Shown in pieces: positions 49,958 through 59,585 of a stretch of 64,000 nucleotides of DNA; positions within the stretch are counted from its first letter, which is position 1, and the number at the start of each line of letters is the position of its first letter. The DNA comes from Acidimicrobiales bacterium. GTDB lineage: Bacteria; Actinomycetota; Acidimicrobiia; Acidimicrobiales; RAAP-2. Both the position numbers and the translations under genes were made by a program. Below the pieces are notes generated by a model, which was not told the origin of the DNA, made no database searches, and saw nothing but the letters and a program-made list of their open reading frames with translations. Where the stretch lies: the NCBI GenBank assembly GCA_035531635.1, contig DATKSO010000020.1:11359-75358 (forward strand), in the 5' to 3' direction.

Positions 49958-50639
49958 CGAAGTGCGCTCGCCACGCCACCTGCGCCGCCTGCGCCTCGGC
50001 GCTCTTCTTCGATCGACCCTCGCCCGACGCCACGACGGCGTCACCCAGACGCACGGTGGCGGTGAACGTCACGTCGTGCGAGGGGCCACTCGACGATACG
50101 TCGTAGACCGGCGTACCGCGTCCCGTCGCCTCGGCCCACTGGCGAAGTTGGGTCTTCGGGTCGACGTCGCCGGGCACTTTCGACGCCCGGCGCACCTCGT
50201 CTTCGAGCGCGTCGTGCACGAAGGTCCTCGCGACGTCGTAGCCGCGTTCGAGGTACAGCGCCGCCACCACGGCCTCGAACGCGTCGGCCAGCAACGAGGG
50301 CCGCTCCGTGCCGTTCTCTTTCTTCACGCCTCGGCCCACGCGCATCACGTCACCAAGGCCGAGACTCTTCGCGGCCTCGGCGAGCGCTCCCTCGTTGACG
50401 ACACGACTGCGCACGAGTGAACCGGTGCCCTCGTCAAGCTCGGGGTACCGCGTCACGATGAGGTCGGCGATCGCGAGGTCCACGACGGCGTCACCGAGGA
50501 ACTCGAGACGTTCGTTGGACTCGAGGTCGTGCTCGGCGGCGTAACTCGAGTGCGTGAGGGCCGTAAGAAGTAGGGGGCTCGACGCGGCGAGACCCACACG
50601 CTCAGCGACAGTGTCGAGAGTCGAGATCATGAGGCGCAC
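49950..50639 (-). CDS. rnc: Ribonuclease III
   Basis: ALTHSS, NERLEFLGDAV, ADAFEA, dsRBD. Confidence 0.96.
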   Translation of the reverse strand: MRLMISTLDTVAERVGLAASSPLLLTALTHSSYAAEHDLESNERLEFLGDAVVDLAIADLIVTRYPELDEGTGSLVRSRVVNEGALAEAAKSLGLGDVMRVGRGVKKENGTERPSLLADAFEAVVAALYLERGYDVARTFVHDALEDEVRRASKVPGDVDPKTQLRQWAEATGRGTPVYDVSSSGPSHDVTFTATVRLGDAVVASGEGRSKKSAEAQAAQVAWRAHFDA

Positions 50640-50647
50640 GTGCCCCG

Positions 50648-50932
50648 TTAGGCAACCTGCAGCTTGACCGCGACGTAGTCAACGGCGTCGCGCACCGAGG
50701 TGAGTCCCTCGAGGTCCTCGTCGTCGATGTGAAAGCCGGCCGCGTACGTCGAGAGACTCTCTTCGAGCGCTTCGACGAGCTCGATCAACGCGAGCGAGTC
50801 GGCGCCGAGATCCACGAACGGGACGTCCTCGGCGATATCGCCGGGCGTCTTTTCAAGAATTTCAGCGAGTTGATCGCGAACGAGTTCCAAAATGGCGGCT
50901 CTACTCAGCGGTGCGACGGTGTCAGCGCTCAT
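50648..50932 (-). CDS. acpP: Acyl carrier protein
   Basis: DLGADSL; acidic; between plsX and rnc. Confidence 0.92.
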   Translation of the reverse strand: MSADTVAPLSRAAILELVRDQLAEILEKTPGDIAEDVPFVDLGADSLALIELVEALEESLSTYAAGFHIDDEDLEGLTSVRDAVDYVAVKLQVA

Positions 50933-50988
50933 GTCCCCTCCTTTGACTGCTGAACAACACTACCGAGGAGGGAACGCGGAATTCTCGG

Positions 50989-51975
50989 TTATGCCGCCTC
51001 ATCAGGTCGGATGGTAGTCCGCAATTTCTCCGTCACGCCGCCGCGGTCGATCTCGTCGGCGACGCGCAGCGCGTTCATGATGGCCGTCGCGTTCGACGCC
51101 CCGTGACTGATGACGCAGATGCCGTCGACGCCGAGCAAGAGCGCGCCGCCCTGATTCTCAGCGGAGAGTTCGGCCGCGACCGGCAACACGTACTCGAGGA
51201 GCACGTCACCGGCCGCCCGCGTGGTTTCGTTCGTGGCGATAGCGCCGAGGAGCGTCGCGAAGACGAACTTCAGCGCGCCCTCGAGCGTCTTCAGCGCCAC
51301 GTTGCCCGTGAAACCGTCGGTCACGATCACGTCGACGGGTGAGGGAACGAGGTCGCGACCTTCGACGTTGCCAACGAAGTTGAGCGTCGACATCGCGGCG
51401 AGGAGTCGGTGGGTCTCCTTCACCAGCGGCGTGCCCTTCGTTGGCTCCTCACCAATGGAGAGCAGCCCCACCTTCGGCACGTCGACGCCGTAGTGTGCTC
51501 GGACGTAGGTCGAGGCCATCTGGGCGAACTGCACGAGCATCTCGGGCTTGCATTCGGCGTTCGCGCCCGCGTCCACGAGCATCATGGGTGTCGCGTTCGG
51601 ACGTGGAATAGGCGTAGCGATGCAGGGACGGATGACGCCGGGGAGGCGCCCCATGCGCAAGAGCGCCGAGGCCATCGTCGCGCCGGTGTTGCCCGCCGAG
51701 ACCATGGCACTCGCTCGGCCGTCACGTACGAGCTCGGCCGCGCGCACGAGCGAGGAGTCCTTCTTCTTTCGAACGCTGGTCCCCGGGTCGTCGTCCATGG
51801 CGATCACTTCGCTGCACGCCACGACCTCGAGTCCGAGCGGGTCGCCCATGAGTTCGAGGACGCCGACGAGGATGACGTTCAGTCCCAGTTCATCGACGGC
51901 GCGACGGGCGCCCGCGATGATCTCTCCGGGAGCGAAGTCACCACCCATCGCGTCCAGGGCGATGGGCAGGGTCAA
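50989..51975 (-). CDS. plsX: Phosphate acyltransferase PlsX
   Basis: DAMGGD, SAGNTGA, DAGAN, GNVEG, TDGFTGN, HG.S. Confidence 0.95.
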   Translation of the reverse strand: MTLPIALDAMGGDFAPGEIIAGARRAVDELGLNVILVGVLELMGDPLGLEVVACSEVIAMDDDPGTSVRKKKDSSLVRAAELVRDGRASAMVSAGNTGATMASALLRMGRLPGVIRPCIATPIPRPNATPMMLVDAGANAECKPEMLVQFAQMASTYVRAHYGVDVPKVGLLSIGEEPTKGTPLVKETHRLLAAMSTLNFVGNVEGRDLVPSPVDVIVTDGFTGNVALKTLEGALKFVFATLLGAIATNETTRAAGDVLLEYVLPVAAELSAENQGGALLLGVDGICVISHGASNATAIMNALRVADEIDRGGVTEKLRTTIRPDEAA

Positions 51976-51976
51976 C

Positions 51977-52156
51977 TCAGTTGACCTCTACCGCGACGCG
52001 GTTCTTGTACCAACCGCAGTTCGGGCAGACCACGTGGGGAAGTTTCGAGGTCGCGCACTGGGGGCAGACGCTGCGAGCGGGTCGCTCCAGGGTCCAGTTG
52101 GCGGCGCGACGGCTGCGGGTCTTGGCTTTGCTGGTCTTGCGCTTTGGAACTGCCAT
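51977..52156 (-). CDS. rpmF: 50S ribosomal protein L32 (Zn-binding form)
   Basis: Not in the ORF track (59 aa); translated by hand: MAVPKRKTSKAKTRSRRAANW...CPQC...PHVVCPNCGWY. Confidence 0.96.
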   Translation of the reverse strand: MAVPKRKTSKAKTRSRRAANWTLERPARSVCPQCATSKLPHVVCPNCGWYKNRVAVEVN

Positions 52157-52190
52157 CGATCTTCTCTTTCACCTGAAACGGGCTCACCCG

Positions 52191-52745
52191 TCACGATTCA
52201 TTGAATCCCTCGGACTCGGGGTCCGCAAATTGGAGTCCGTCCAGTGTAGCCCAACGTGGATCGAGGGGCGCCTGGCACGTGCACGAGGCCTCGTTGCGGT
52301 CGATCCCGCAGTACGGACAGAGTCCCCGGCAGTCACTTCGACAGAGCGGCGCGAGGGGCAGGTCCAAGAAGATGGCGTCGTGCGCGAGGGGTGCCAAATC
52401 CACGAAGTCGTGCGCCACGAGATAGGTCTCCTCGTCGCCGGGACCTCGTTCGTCGACGAACCGCTCGTTCACCGCCACGTTCGAGAAGCCGAGCACTGGC
52501 GCCGAGCACCGTCGACACACCCCGTGCCAGGGCGCCTCAACGTGGCCCCTCGCGCGTAGACCCCCACTGAAGCTCTCGAGACGGACTTTGACGCGCACGA
52601 CAGCCTCGGGAAAGACGTCAGTCTCGGCGGGACCGCGCGCGACGAACTCGTGCTCCTCGTCAAAGGGCGCCTCGAAGTCGACGTCGAACGAGGACGGGAC
52701 CTGGCGCAAGATGCGCGCGACCGGGACAAGATACGGCGAGGACAC
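52191..52745 (-). CDS. yceD: YceD/DUF177 family protein
   Basis: CRRC, DL....D...L.LP..PLC..DC.GLC..CG, DPRW..L. Confidence 0.92.
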   Translation of the reverse strand: MSSPYLVPVARILRQVPSSFDVDFEAPFDEEHEFVARGPAETDVFPEAVVRVKVRLESFSGGLRARGHVEAPWHGVCRRCSAPVLGFSNVAVNERFVDERGPGDEETYLVAHDFVDLAPLAHDAIFLDLPLAPLCRSDCRGLCPYCGIDRNEASCTCQAPLDPRWATLDGLQFADPESEGFNES

Positions 52746-52750
52746 GGTAT

Positions 52751-53398
52751 TTAGAAGGAGTCCTGATCGAAGAAGGAACTCTCGGGCTCGCGGGGATCGA
52801 CGTACTCGTGCAGCGGCGACGGCGAGGGCGCCGGCGCCGGGGAGAGGAAGTCGTCGCTGAGTTGCTCGTCATTGATCATCGAGGTCGGCAGACCCTGGGC
52901 GCTCAGCCGCTCTCGACCCGATCGCGCGGTTTTCAACAGGCGCTCGAGGACGATCTCGAAGCCGCCGAGTTTGCCGTCGATGAAGTCCTCCGACTGGTTG
53001 ATCATCTGACGGGCCTGGGCGTGCGCGTCGGCGATGATCTGTTCGGACTTGAGGCGCGACTGGCGCACGATCTCGGTCTTGTCGACCATGCGCGACGCCT
53101 CGGCGCGCACCTGGTCCATGAGCTGTTGGGCCTTTTGCACCTCGCCCGCCATCAACTCCTCTCGATCGCGCAGCGCCCAGCGCGCTTCTCGAATCTCGTC
53201 GGGCAGGCTGTGCAGGGCCTGTTCCAAGAGGCCCATGACCTCGTCACGCGACACCAGGGCCGAGTTGGAGAGCGGCATCTGTTTCGCCCCTGCGATTAGG
53301 TCTAACAGTTCACGTAGGTCGGCCTCGATGTCCCGACGGACGTGGCGCGCGGCGCCGTCATCGAACTCTTCGCCGTCGTAGCCGTCGAACGAGGTCAC
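52751..53398 (-). CDS. Coiled-coil SepIVA/DivIVA-like protein
   Basis: AK.MPLS....V.R.E...L......LP.E...A; conserved position between coaD and yceD. Confidence 0.75.
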   Translation of the reverse strand: MTSFDGYDGEEFDDGAARHVRRDIEADLRELLDLIAGAKQMPLSNSALVSRDEVMGLLEQALHSLPDEIREARWALRDREELMAGEVQKAQQLMDQVRAEASRMVDKTEIVRQSRLKSEQIIADAHAQARQMINQSEDFIDGKLGGFEIVLERLLKTARSGRERLSAQGLPTSMINDEQLSDDFLSPAPAPSPSPLHEYVDPREPESSFFDQDSF

Positions 53399-53883
53399 TG
53401 TGCTCCTCTCGGAAACTTGTCGGCCAAGCGCTTCGCCACCGACGCTGGCACGAACGACGCCACGTCACCGCCGTAGCGAGCGACCTCGCGGATCAACTTG
53501 GACGCGATGAAGGAGTGATGCGAACTCGAGGGTAGAAACAACGTCTCCACCCCCGACAAGGACCGGTTCATCTGGGCCATCTGCAGCTCGCTCTCGAAGT
53601 CCGACACGGCGCGGAGTCCCTTTACGATCGCCGTCGCGTCCACGTCACGCGCGACGTTGACGAGCAACGTCGAGATCGAGACGATGCGCACGTTGTCGAG
53701 GTGCACCAGCGACTCCGCGATCATGTCGCGGCGCTCCTCGAGGTCGAAGAGCGCTTCGGACTTCTGGGGATTGCGAATCGCCGCCACGACGATTTCGTCG
53801 AAGATCTGGGCGGCGCGCTCGACGATCTCGAGATGCCCGTTGTGGAAGGGGTCGAAGGAGCCCGGGATGAGACCAACCGTCAC
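53395..53883 (-). CDS. coaD: Phosphopantetheine adenylyltransferase
   Basis: PGSFDP..NGH, KGLRAVSDFE.E.QMA.MN. Confidence 0.97.
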   Translation of the reverse strand: MTVGLIPGSFDPFHNGHLEIVERAAQIFDEIVVAAIRNPQKSEALFDLEERRDMIAESLVHLDNVRIVSISTLLVNVARDVDATAIVKGLRAVSDFESELQMAQMNRSLSGVETLFLPSSSHHSFIASKLIREVARYGGDVASFVPASVAKRLADKFPRGAQ

Positions 53884-54407
53884 TCGCCGTCCCCTTTACT
53901 GGGTTCTAACATCGTTACGAGCGTAGTGCCGTAGCGCTTGGTTTTGGTTACGTTCCAACCCTCGGGCGCGTCCATATGGCGATCGTTTTCGATGATGACG
54001 CGTCGCGCCACGACGCCGTGGAGCACGCTCGCTAGGTCCAGTGGCCCGTACGGAGGATCGGCGAGGAGGAGATCGAGGTCGTGCGGCGGGCTCCAGACGG
54101 GCAGGTTGGCCCGCACGAACACGGCTTCGCCACTCAGCTGTAGGGGCTCGAAGTTCGTCTTCGCGGCCGCGAGGCACGCCGGATCGGTGTCGATGAAGTA
54201 GACCTTCGCCGCGCCGCGCGACAGCGCCTCAATCCCCATGGCGCCCGAGCCGCAGTAGAGATCGGCGACGACGAGATCGCCCAGTCCCCCTCGACTCTCG
54301 AGCATGGAGAAGATCGCCTCACGGGCGTAGTCCGTGGTCGGGCGAACCGTGGGCGGGAGTTTCGCCTTGAGCCGACGCCCGCGGGCCACACCACCGATTA
54401 CTCGCAC
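53880..54407 (-). CDS. rsmD: 16S rRNA m2G966 methyltransferase
   Basis: MRVIGG..RGR, RPT, DLYCGSG.MG.EALSRGA, DPPY. Confidence 0.93.
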   Translation of the reverse strand: MRVIGGVARGRRLKAKLPPTVRPTTDYAREAIFSMLESRGGLGDLVVADLYCGSGAMGIEALSRGAAKVYFIDTDPACLAAAKTNFEPLQLSGEAVFVRANLPVWSPPHDLDLLLADPPYGPLDLASVLHGVVARRVIIENDRHMDAPEGWNVTKTKRYGTTLVTMLEPSKGDGE

Positions 54408-54421
54408 CCTTCCAGGGTAGG

Positions 54422-56629
54422 TCAGGACTTAAAGAGGTAGGTGGCTTCCTCGTCGTCGACGAACAGACGAAGTTCGTCCATCATCTCGACGAGGGCGTCG
54501 TCGTGGCGTTCGACCATCGAAGAAGCGAGACGTTGCGCACTCAAGAGCAAGTCCTCGTCGTCCTTTAGTTTGGCGAGTTTCAAGTCGCTGCGACCCTGTT
54601 GACGTGAGCCGAGCAGCGTTCCCTCGCCCCGCATCGCGAGGTCGATCTCAGCGAGTTCGAAACCGTCGTTCGAGCTCACGAGCGCGTTGAGGCGCTGTTC
54701 GCCTTCGGGCGTCGGTGGCGTGCCCAATAAGAAGCAGTAGCTCTGTTGGTCCGAGCGACCGACGCGACCACGCAACTGGTGCAACTGAGCCAAACCGAAA
54801 CGCCACGCGTCTTCGATGACGATGACGCTCGCTTCGGGCACGTCGACGCCCACCTCGATCACCACCGTCGCCACGAGCACGTCGAGTTCGCCCGATCGAA
54901 ACTGTCGCATGACCTCTTCCTTCTCCGAACTCTTCATCTGACCGTGCAAGAGCCCTACCGCCAGACCACGAAGCTCGTTGAGCGCGAGCCTCGTGCGCTC
55001 TTCGACGGCGCTCGTCGCTTCGATCTTCTCCGAGTCCTCGACGAGCGGGCAGATGACGTACGCCCGGCGACCGGCCGCCACCTCGTCGCGCACCCGACGC
55101 CAACACGACTCGATCTCGTCATCGTCCTTCGCCCACGTCGTCTCGACGGGACGACGTCCCTCGGGCAACTCGTCGAGCACGGAGAAGTTGAGGTCACCGA
55201 AGAGGACCATGGCGGCTGTTCTCGGGATGGGGGTCGCCGTCATCACGAGGACGTCGGGGTCGGCGCCTTCGTCGGAGCGAGCCCGTCCCTGATCGCGCAG
55301 CGCCGCTCGCTGTTCGACGCCGAAGCGGTGTTGCTCGTCGATCACGATGACGCCAAGGGAGCGAAAGCGAACATCCTCGCTCAACAACGCGTGCGTGCCC
55401 ACGACGACGTCCACCGAGCCGTTCAACAGGCCGTCGAGCACGACCTGGCGTTCCTTCGCTCGGACTCGTCCGGTCAGGAGCTGGACCGACAGGGGACGCT
55501 CGCCGCCGAGCACCGTGGCGTCGGCGACGCTGAGTCCCTCGAGATCGCGCCGCAGGGACGCCACGTGCTGTTCGGCGAGGACTTCCGTGGGCGCCATCAG
55601 CACCCCTTGACGGCCACCGTCGAGTGAGGCCAGCATCGCCGCGAGGGCCACGGTCGTCTTGCCGGAGCCGACGTCACCTTGGAGGAGTCGGTGCATGGGC
55701 AGTGAGGAGGACATGTCGTGCGCGATCTCTTCGAGGACGCGGTGCTGCGCGCTGGTGAGCGTGTACCGGTGACCCGCGAGGAAGCGGCGAACGAGTGAGG
55801 ACGAGGGCGCGACCATCGCTCCGGGGGCGACGTCAAGATCGCTCACGTCGAAGGGGTGCTGGATACCGGCGGACGACGCCTCGACGCGCTGACGTCGTAG
55901 CGCGAGCAACAACTGCAATCGCAAGAACTCGTCGAAGGCCAGTCGACGTCGCGCCGGGACCTTGTCACTCTCCTCCTCGGGGAGATGGATGCCCCAGTAG
56001 GCCCGCGTGCGATCGACGAGGTCCAACGCTTGGCGCTCACTCTCCGTGAGGGGATCGAAGAAGGGACCCGCGCGGCGCAGCGACTCCTCGATGAAGCCGC
56101 CCATCTCCCAACTGGTGAGACCGGCCTTTCCCGACGCCGGATAGATCGCCACGACCCGACCGACCTTCGAGGGGTCACGCTCTTCTCCCGAGGCGCCCAC
56201 GACGACGTCGACGACGGGATTGGTCATCTGGCGTTGTCCCCTGTACTCACTCACCTTGGCGAAGAACAGCGCCTGGACGCCGGGCGTGAGCTGTCGTTCG
56301 CGCCACGCCTGGTTGAAGAAGACGACCTTGAGCGAGTCGCCGTCGTCGCTCACGGTCACCTCCACCATGACCTTGCCCTGTCTGGTGCGACGACTGTTCG
56401 ACTTCACGACCTCGCCGTAGACCGCGGCCTCGTCGCCGACGTTGAGATCGGAGAGGTCGACGCGTTTCGTTCGGTCCAAGTACCGACGGGGATAGACGGT
56501 CAAGAGGTCGAACACGTTGTCGATGCCGAGCGACGCCAGGGCCGCGGTTCGCTTCTCGCCGATGTTGCGCAACTGGCTGACGGACACGTCGCCCAACTGG
56601 CGAAGTCGCCGCGCCGGCGCGTCACTCAC
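54422..56629 (-). CDS. recG: ATP-dependent DNA helicase RecG
   Basis: LLQGDVGSGKT, DEQHRFGV.QR, MTATPIPRT, QLHQLRGRVGR. Confidence 0.97.
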   Translation of the reverse strand: MSDAPARRLRQLGDVSVSQLRNIGEKRTAALASLGIDNVFDLLTVYPRRYLDRTKRVDLSDLNVGDEAAVYGEVVKSNSRRTRQGKVMVEVTVSDDGDSLKVVFFNQAWRERQLTPGVQALFFAKVSEYRGQRQMTNPVVDVVVGASGEERDPSKVGRVVAIYPASGKAGLTSWEMGGFIEESLRRAGPFFDPLTESERQALDLVDRTRAYWGIHLPEEESDKVPARRRLAFDEFLRLQLLLALRRQRVEASSAGIQHPFDVSDLDVAPGAMVAPSSSLVRRFLAGHRYTLTSAQHRVLEEIAHDMSSSLPMHRLLQGDVGSGKTTVALAAMLASLDGGRQGVLMAPTEVLAEQHVASLRRDLEGLSVADATVLGGERPLSVQLLTGRVRAKERQVVLDGLLNGSVDVVVGTHALLSEDVRFRSLGVIVIDEQHRFGVEQRAALRDQGRARSDEGADPDVLVMTATPIPRTAAMVLFGDLNFSVLDELPEGRRPVETTWAKDDDEIESCWRRVRDEVAAGRRAYVICPLVEDSEKIEATSAVEERTRLALNELRGLAVGLLHGQMKSSEKEEVMRQFRSGELDVLVATVVIEVGVDVPEASVIVIEDAWRFGLAQLHQLRGRVGRSDQQSYCFLLGTPPTPEGEQRLNALVSSNDGFELAEIDLAMRGEGTLLGSRQQGRSDLKLAKLKDDEDLLLSAQRLASSMVERHDDALVEMMDELRLFVDDEEATYLFKS

Positions 56630-58260
56630 TCGAGGCCGAAGTAGTAGGGGTAGAGCGGCTGACCGCCGTGGTGCACCTCGACGCTGATCCGGGGGTACTC
56701 CTCGGCGAGGAACTCCGTCACGCGACGCGTGTTCGCCGGCGACGACCCGTCGCCTTCGATGATGGTCAAGAGTTCGTGTTCGGGGCGCACGAGCAGCGCG
56801 AGGAGTTGGTTGCTCGCGCCCGCGATGGAGTCCGCCACTGACAAGACCCCGCTCGCGCCGAGACCAATCCAGTCGCCTTCGCGCACGCGCCCGGCGTCAG
56901 TCGTCACGTCGCGCACGGCCTGCGTCACCTCGCCGGCGACCACGTTGCACGCCGAGGCCCTCATCGCCGACGCGTTCTGCTCCGCGGACGCGTCGGGGTC
57001 GTACGCGAGGAGGGCCGCGAAGCCCTCGACGATCGAGTTCGTGGGCACGACGCTCACCCGTTGTTCGACGAGACCCGCGACCTGTTCGGCGACGGGCTGG
57101 ATGTTCTTGTTGTTCGGCAACAGCACCACCTGCGACGAACCCGTCGCGCGAACGGCCTCGACGAGGTCGGCCGTCGAGGGGTTCATGGACTGACCACCGA
57201 GCACGAGCTGACGGACGCCGAGCGAGTGAAAGATGCGGCCGATCCCCTCGCCCACGACGACCGCCACGACCGCGGTCGTGGGCGGCGCTTCACGCTCGTC
57301 CTCACGTGACGCCACGGTCGCCTCGCGAACCCAGCGTTCTTCGATGACCTGATCGGCCAGGTCGGTGACGCGTATCTCGCGCGGACGGCCCGCGTCGAGG
57401 GATGCTTCGATGGCGGCGCCGACGTCGTCGGTGTGGATGTGGCAGTTGTACAGACCGTCGCCGCCGACGATGACGATGGAGTCACCGATGCCCGCCCACA
57501 CTTCTCGAAAGGCGTGCATCTTGGTGTCGTCGGCGTCGAGGAAGTACATGACTTCGTAGCGCAACTCGGCGAGCGCGGCGTCCTCTCTGGGCTGCTCGTG
57601 CACGCGCACGACGATGGCGTCGGCGTCCGGGGCGGTCGGCAGTTCATCCTTCGCCACGACGAAGCACAGCGCGTCGAAGAAGAGCACCAGTCCGGCGCCC
57701 CCAGAGTCGACGACGCCCGCCTGTTTGAGGACGGCCAACTGGTCGGGCGTCCTCGCCAGTGCCTCGGTGGCCGAGTCGCGCGCGCCGCGCACGAGCGCGA
57801 CCAAGGAGTCGGCGTGCGCGTTGGCGCCTTCGGCACCGGCTCGGGCGATGGAGAGGATCGTCCCCTCGACCGGGCGAACGACGGCCTGACGCGCCAGGAC
57901 GTTTGCGTGTTCCAGCGCGTCCGCCAGCTCTCTCGCCGTGACGTCGCCCTCGGCGGGAAAGTGGGCGACCAGGCCTCGAAGGAGCTGCGAAAGGATGACC
58001 CCGGAGTTACCCCGCGCGCCCATGAGCGAGCCGTGGGCGATAGCCTCGGCGACCTCGCCCAGGGGCGCGTCGTCGGCCAACTCGGCCAGCGCGCCCGACA
58101 CCGACTCGATCGTCAGTGCCATGTTCGTCCCGGTGTCCCCGTCGGGCACCGGGTAGACGTTCAACCGATTGATGACCTCTCGGTGGGAGCGCAGGAGCTC
58201 TCCGTACGTCGCAATTGCCCTACGCAGGTCACGAGCCGACAGCGTCGAGGGACTGGTCAT
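56626..58260 (-). CDS. DAK2-domain protein (FakA/YloV-like fatty acid kinase subunit)
   Basis: LNVYPVPDGDTGTNM, GARGNSG.ILSQ, GGQSMNPST, GGQPLY.Y. Confidence 0.93.
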   Translation of the reverse strand: MTSPSTLSARDLRRAIATYGELLRSHREVINRLNVYPVPDGDTGTNMALTIESVSGALAELADDAPLGEVAEAIAHGSLMGARGNSGVILSQLLRGLVAHFPAEGDVTARELADALEHANVLARQAVVRPVEGTILSIARAGAEGANAHADSLVALVRGARDSATEALARTPDQLAVLKQAGVVDSGGAGLVLFFDALCFVVAKDELPTAPDADAIVVRVHEQPREDAALAELRYEVMYFLDADDTKMHAFREVWAGIGDSIVIVGGDGLYNCHIHTDDVGAAIEASLDAGRPREIRVTDLADQVIEERWVREATVASREDEREAPPTTAVVAVVVGEGIGRIFHSLGVRQLVLGGQSMNPSTADLVEAVRATGSSQVVLLPNNKNIQPVAEQVAGLVEQRVSVVPTNSIVEGFAALLAYDPDASAEQNASAMRASACNVVAGEVTQAVRDVTTDAGRVREGDWIGLGASGVLSVADSIAGASNQLLALLVRPEHELLTIIEGDGSSPANTRRVTEFLAEEYPRISVEVHHGGQPLYPYYFGLE

Positions 58261-58338
58261 CGTTAGCGATGCTACAATGGACCTTCGGTTTAACCAGTCC
58301 GCGCCTCAGGGCGAGCGGGCCTAAGGAGAATGTTCATC

Positions 58339-58548
58339 ATGGCGTCAGTCTGCGAAATCTGCGGTAAGAAGCCGTCGTTCGGCATGAACGTCTCGCACTC
58401 GCACCGTCGCACCAAGCGACGTTGGAATCCGAACATCCAGCGCGTGCGCGCGCTCGTGGGCGGAACGCCAAAGCGCGTGAACGTGTGCACCGGATGTCTG
58501 CGTTCGGGCAAGATCACCAAGCCCTCACGTTCGAGCATCAAGGCCTAG
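58339..58548 (+). CDS. rpmB: 50S ribosomal protein L28 (Zn-binding form)
   Basis: CEICGK.P.FG..VSHSH.RTKRRW.PN.Q ... VCTGC. Confidence 0.97.
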   Translation: MASVCEICGKKPSFGMNVSHSHRRTKRRWNPNIQRVRALVGGTPKRVNVCTGCLRSGKITKPSRSSIKA

Positions 58549-58577
58549 TTCCCTCGAACCCCTGAACGGCGCAACTC

Positions 58578-59522
58578 CTAGAGATCGTGCTCGAAGCCCT
58601 GGCGTAGGAACGGCGCTCCACCCAGCGTGCGGACCGAACGATCAGCCACGACGAAGCCCACGCTCATCGGCTCACGAAGCCCGCGGTCGAAGAAGATCAT
58701 GCGCAGCCGTCCTGGATCGTTCGTCGCGATCAAGAGTTCGTAGTCCTCGCCTCCGCTCGTCGCCTCCTCCTCGGTGGCCCCTGCCGCGACGGGAATCGCT
58801 CGGAGCTCGAAGCCGACGTTCGACGCGTCCGCGAGCCGATGCAGGTCCAAGCCAAGTCCGTCGCTCAAGTCCATCATCGCGTGCACGTGCGCGCCGCGCG
58901 CCGCCATCCCTTCGCTCAATCGGGGCCACGGACGACGGTGGGCCTCCACGAGCTCATCGCTCAGTGGCGCGCCGTCTCGTCGTCGACGAAGGCCGGCGGC
59001 CGCGCGACCCAGTGGACCGGTGACGAGTAGTTCGTCACCCTCCTGGGCCCCGCTGCGCAGCACCGCGCCGCGACCGGGACACTCGCCAAAGACGGTGACC
59101 GTGACGGCGACGTCGTGGCCGCCCGAGAGGTCACCGCCCACGACGGGCGTGTTCGTCGACGCGGCGGCTTCGGCGATACCTCGATGCAGGGCGTCAAGGT
59201 CGGTGCCGGGGGGCGCCGTCACGGCCACCACGAGTCCACGCGGGCGCGCGCCCATAGCGGCCAGATCGGACAGCGCGCTCGTGACGGCCTTGTAGCCGAG
59301 ATCGATGAGCGGAAAGAGGCTGGCGTCCAAGTGGACGCCCAGGACGGCCACGTCGGTGCTGACGATCGCCTCACCCACGAAGGGCAAAAGTACGGCCGCG
59401 TCGTCGCCCACGTGCCGTTCGCCCCTTGGAATGTTGTCCAGGGTGACGATTTTCGCTATACGCTCCAATACGTCATCTTCGTGCGGACTTCGTTCTTTGG
59501 TTGGGTCAGTCGGTGCGCTCAT
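58578..59522 (-). CDS. thiL: Thiamine-monophosphate kinase
   Basis: GDDAA, SDLAAMGA.P, VGGD, RSGA..GD, DLSDGL, GGEDYEL. Confidence 0.93.
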   Translation of the reverse strand: MSAPTDPTKERSPHEDDVLERIAKIVTLDNIPRGERHVGDDAAVLLPFVGEAIVSTDVAVLGVHLDASLFPLIDLGYKAVTSALSDLAAMGARPRGLVVAVTAPPGTDLDALHRGIAEAAASTNTPVVGGDLSGGHDVAVTVTVFGECPGRGAVLRSGAQEGDELLVTGPLGRAAAGLRRRRDGAPLSDELVEAHRRPWPRLSEGMAARGAHVHAMMDLSDGLGLDLHRLADASNVGFELRAIPVAAGATEEEATSGGEDYELLIATNDPGRLRMIFFDRGLREPMSVGFVVADRSVRTLGGAPFLRQGFEHDL

Positions 59523-59585
59523 GGCGGGGGGACTTTTATCGCGTCGTAACAAGACGGCGTGAGGATCGCAAAAGAGGAAGAAGTC

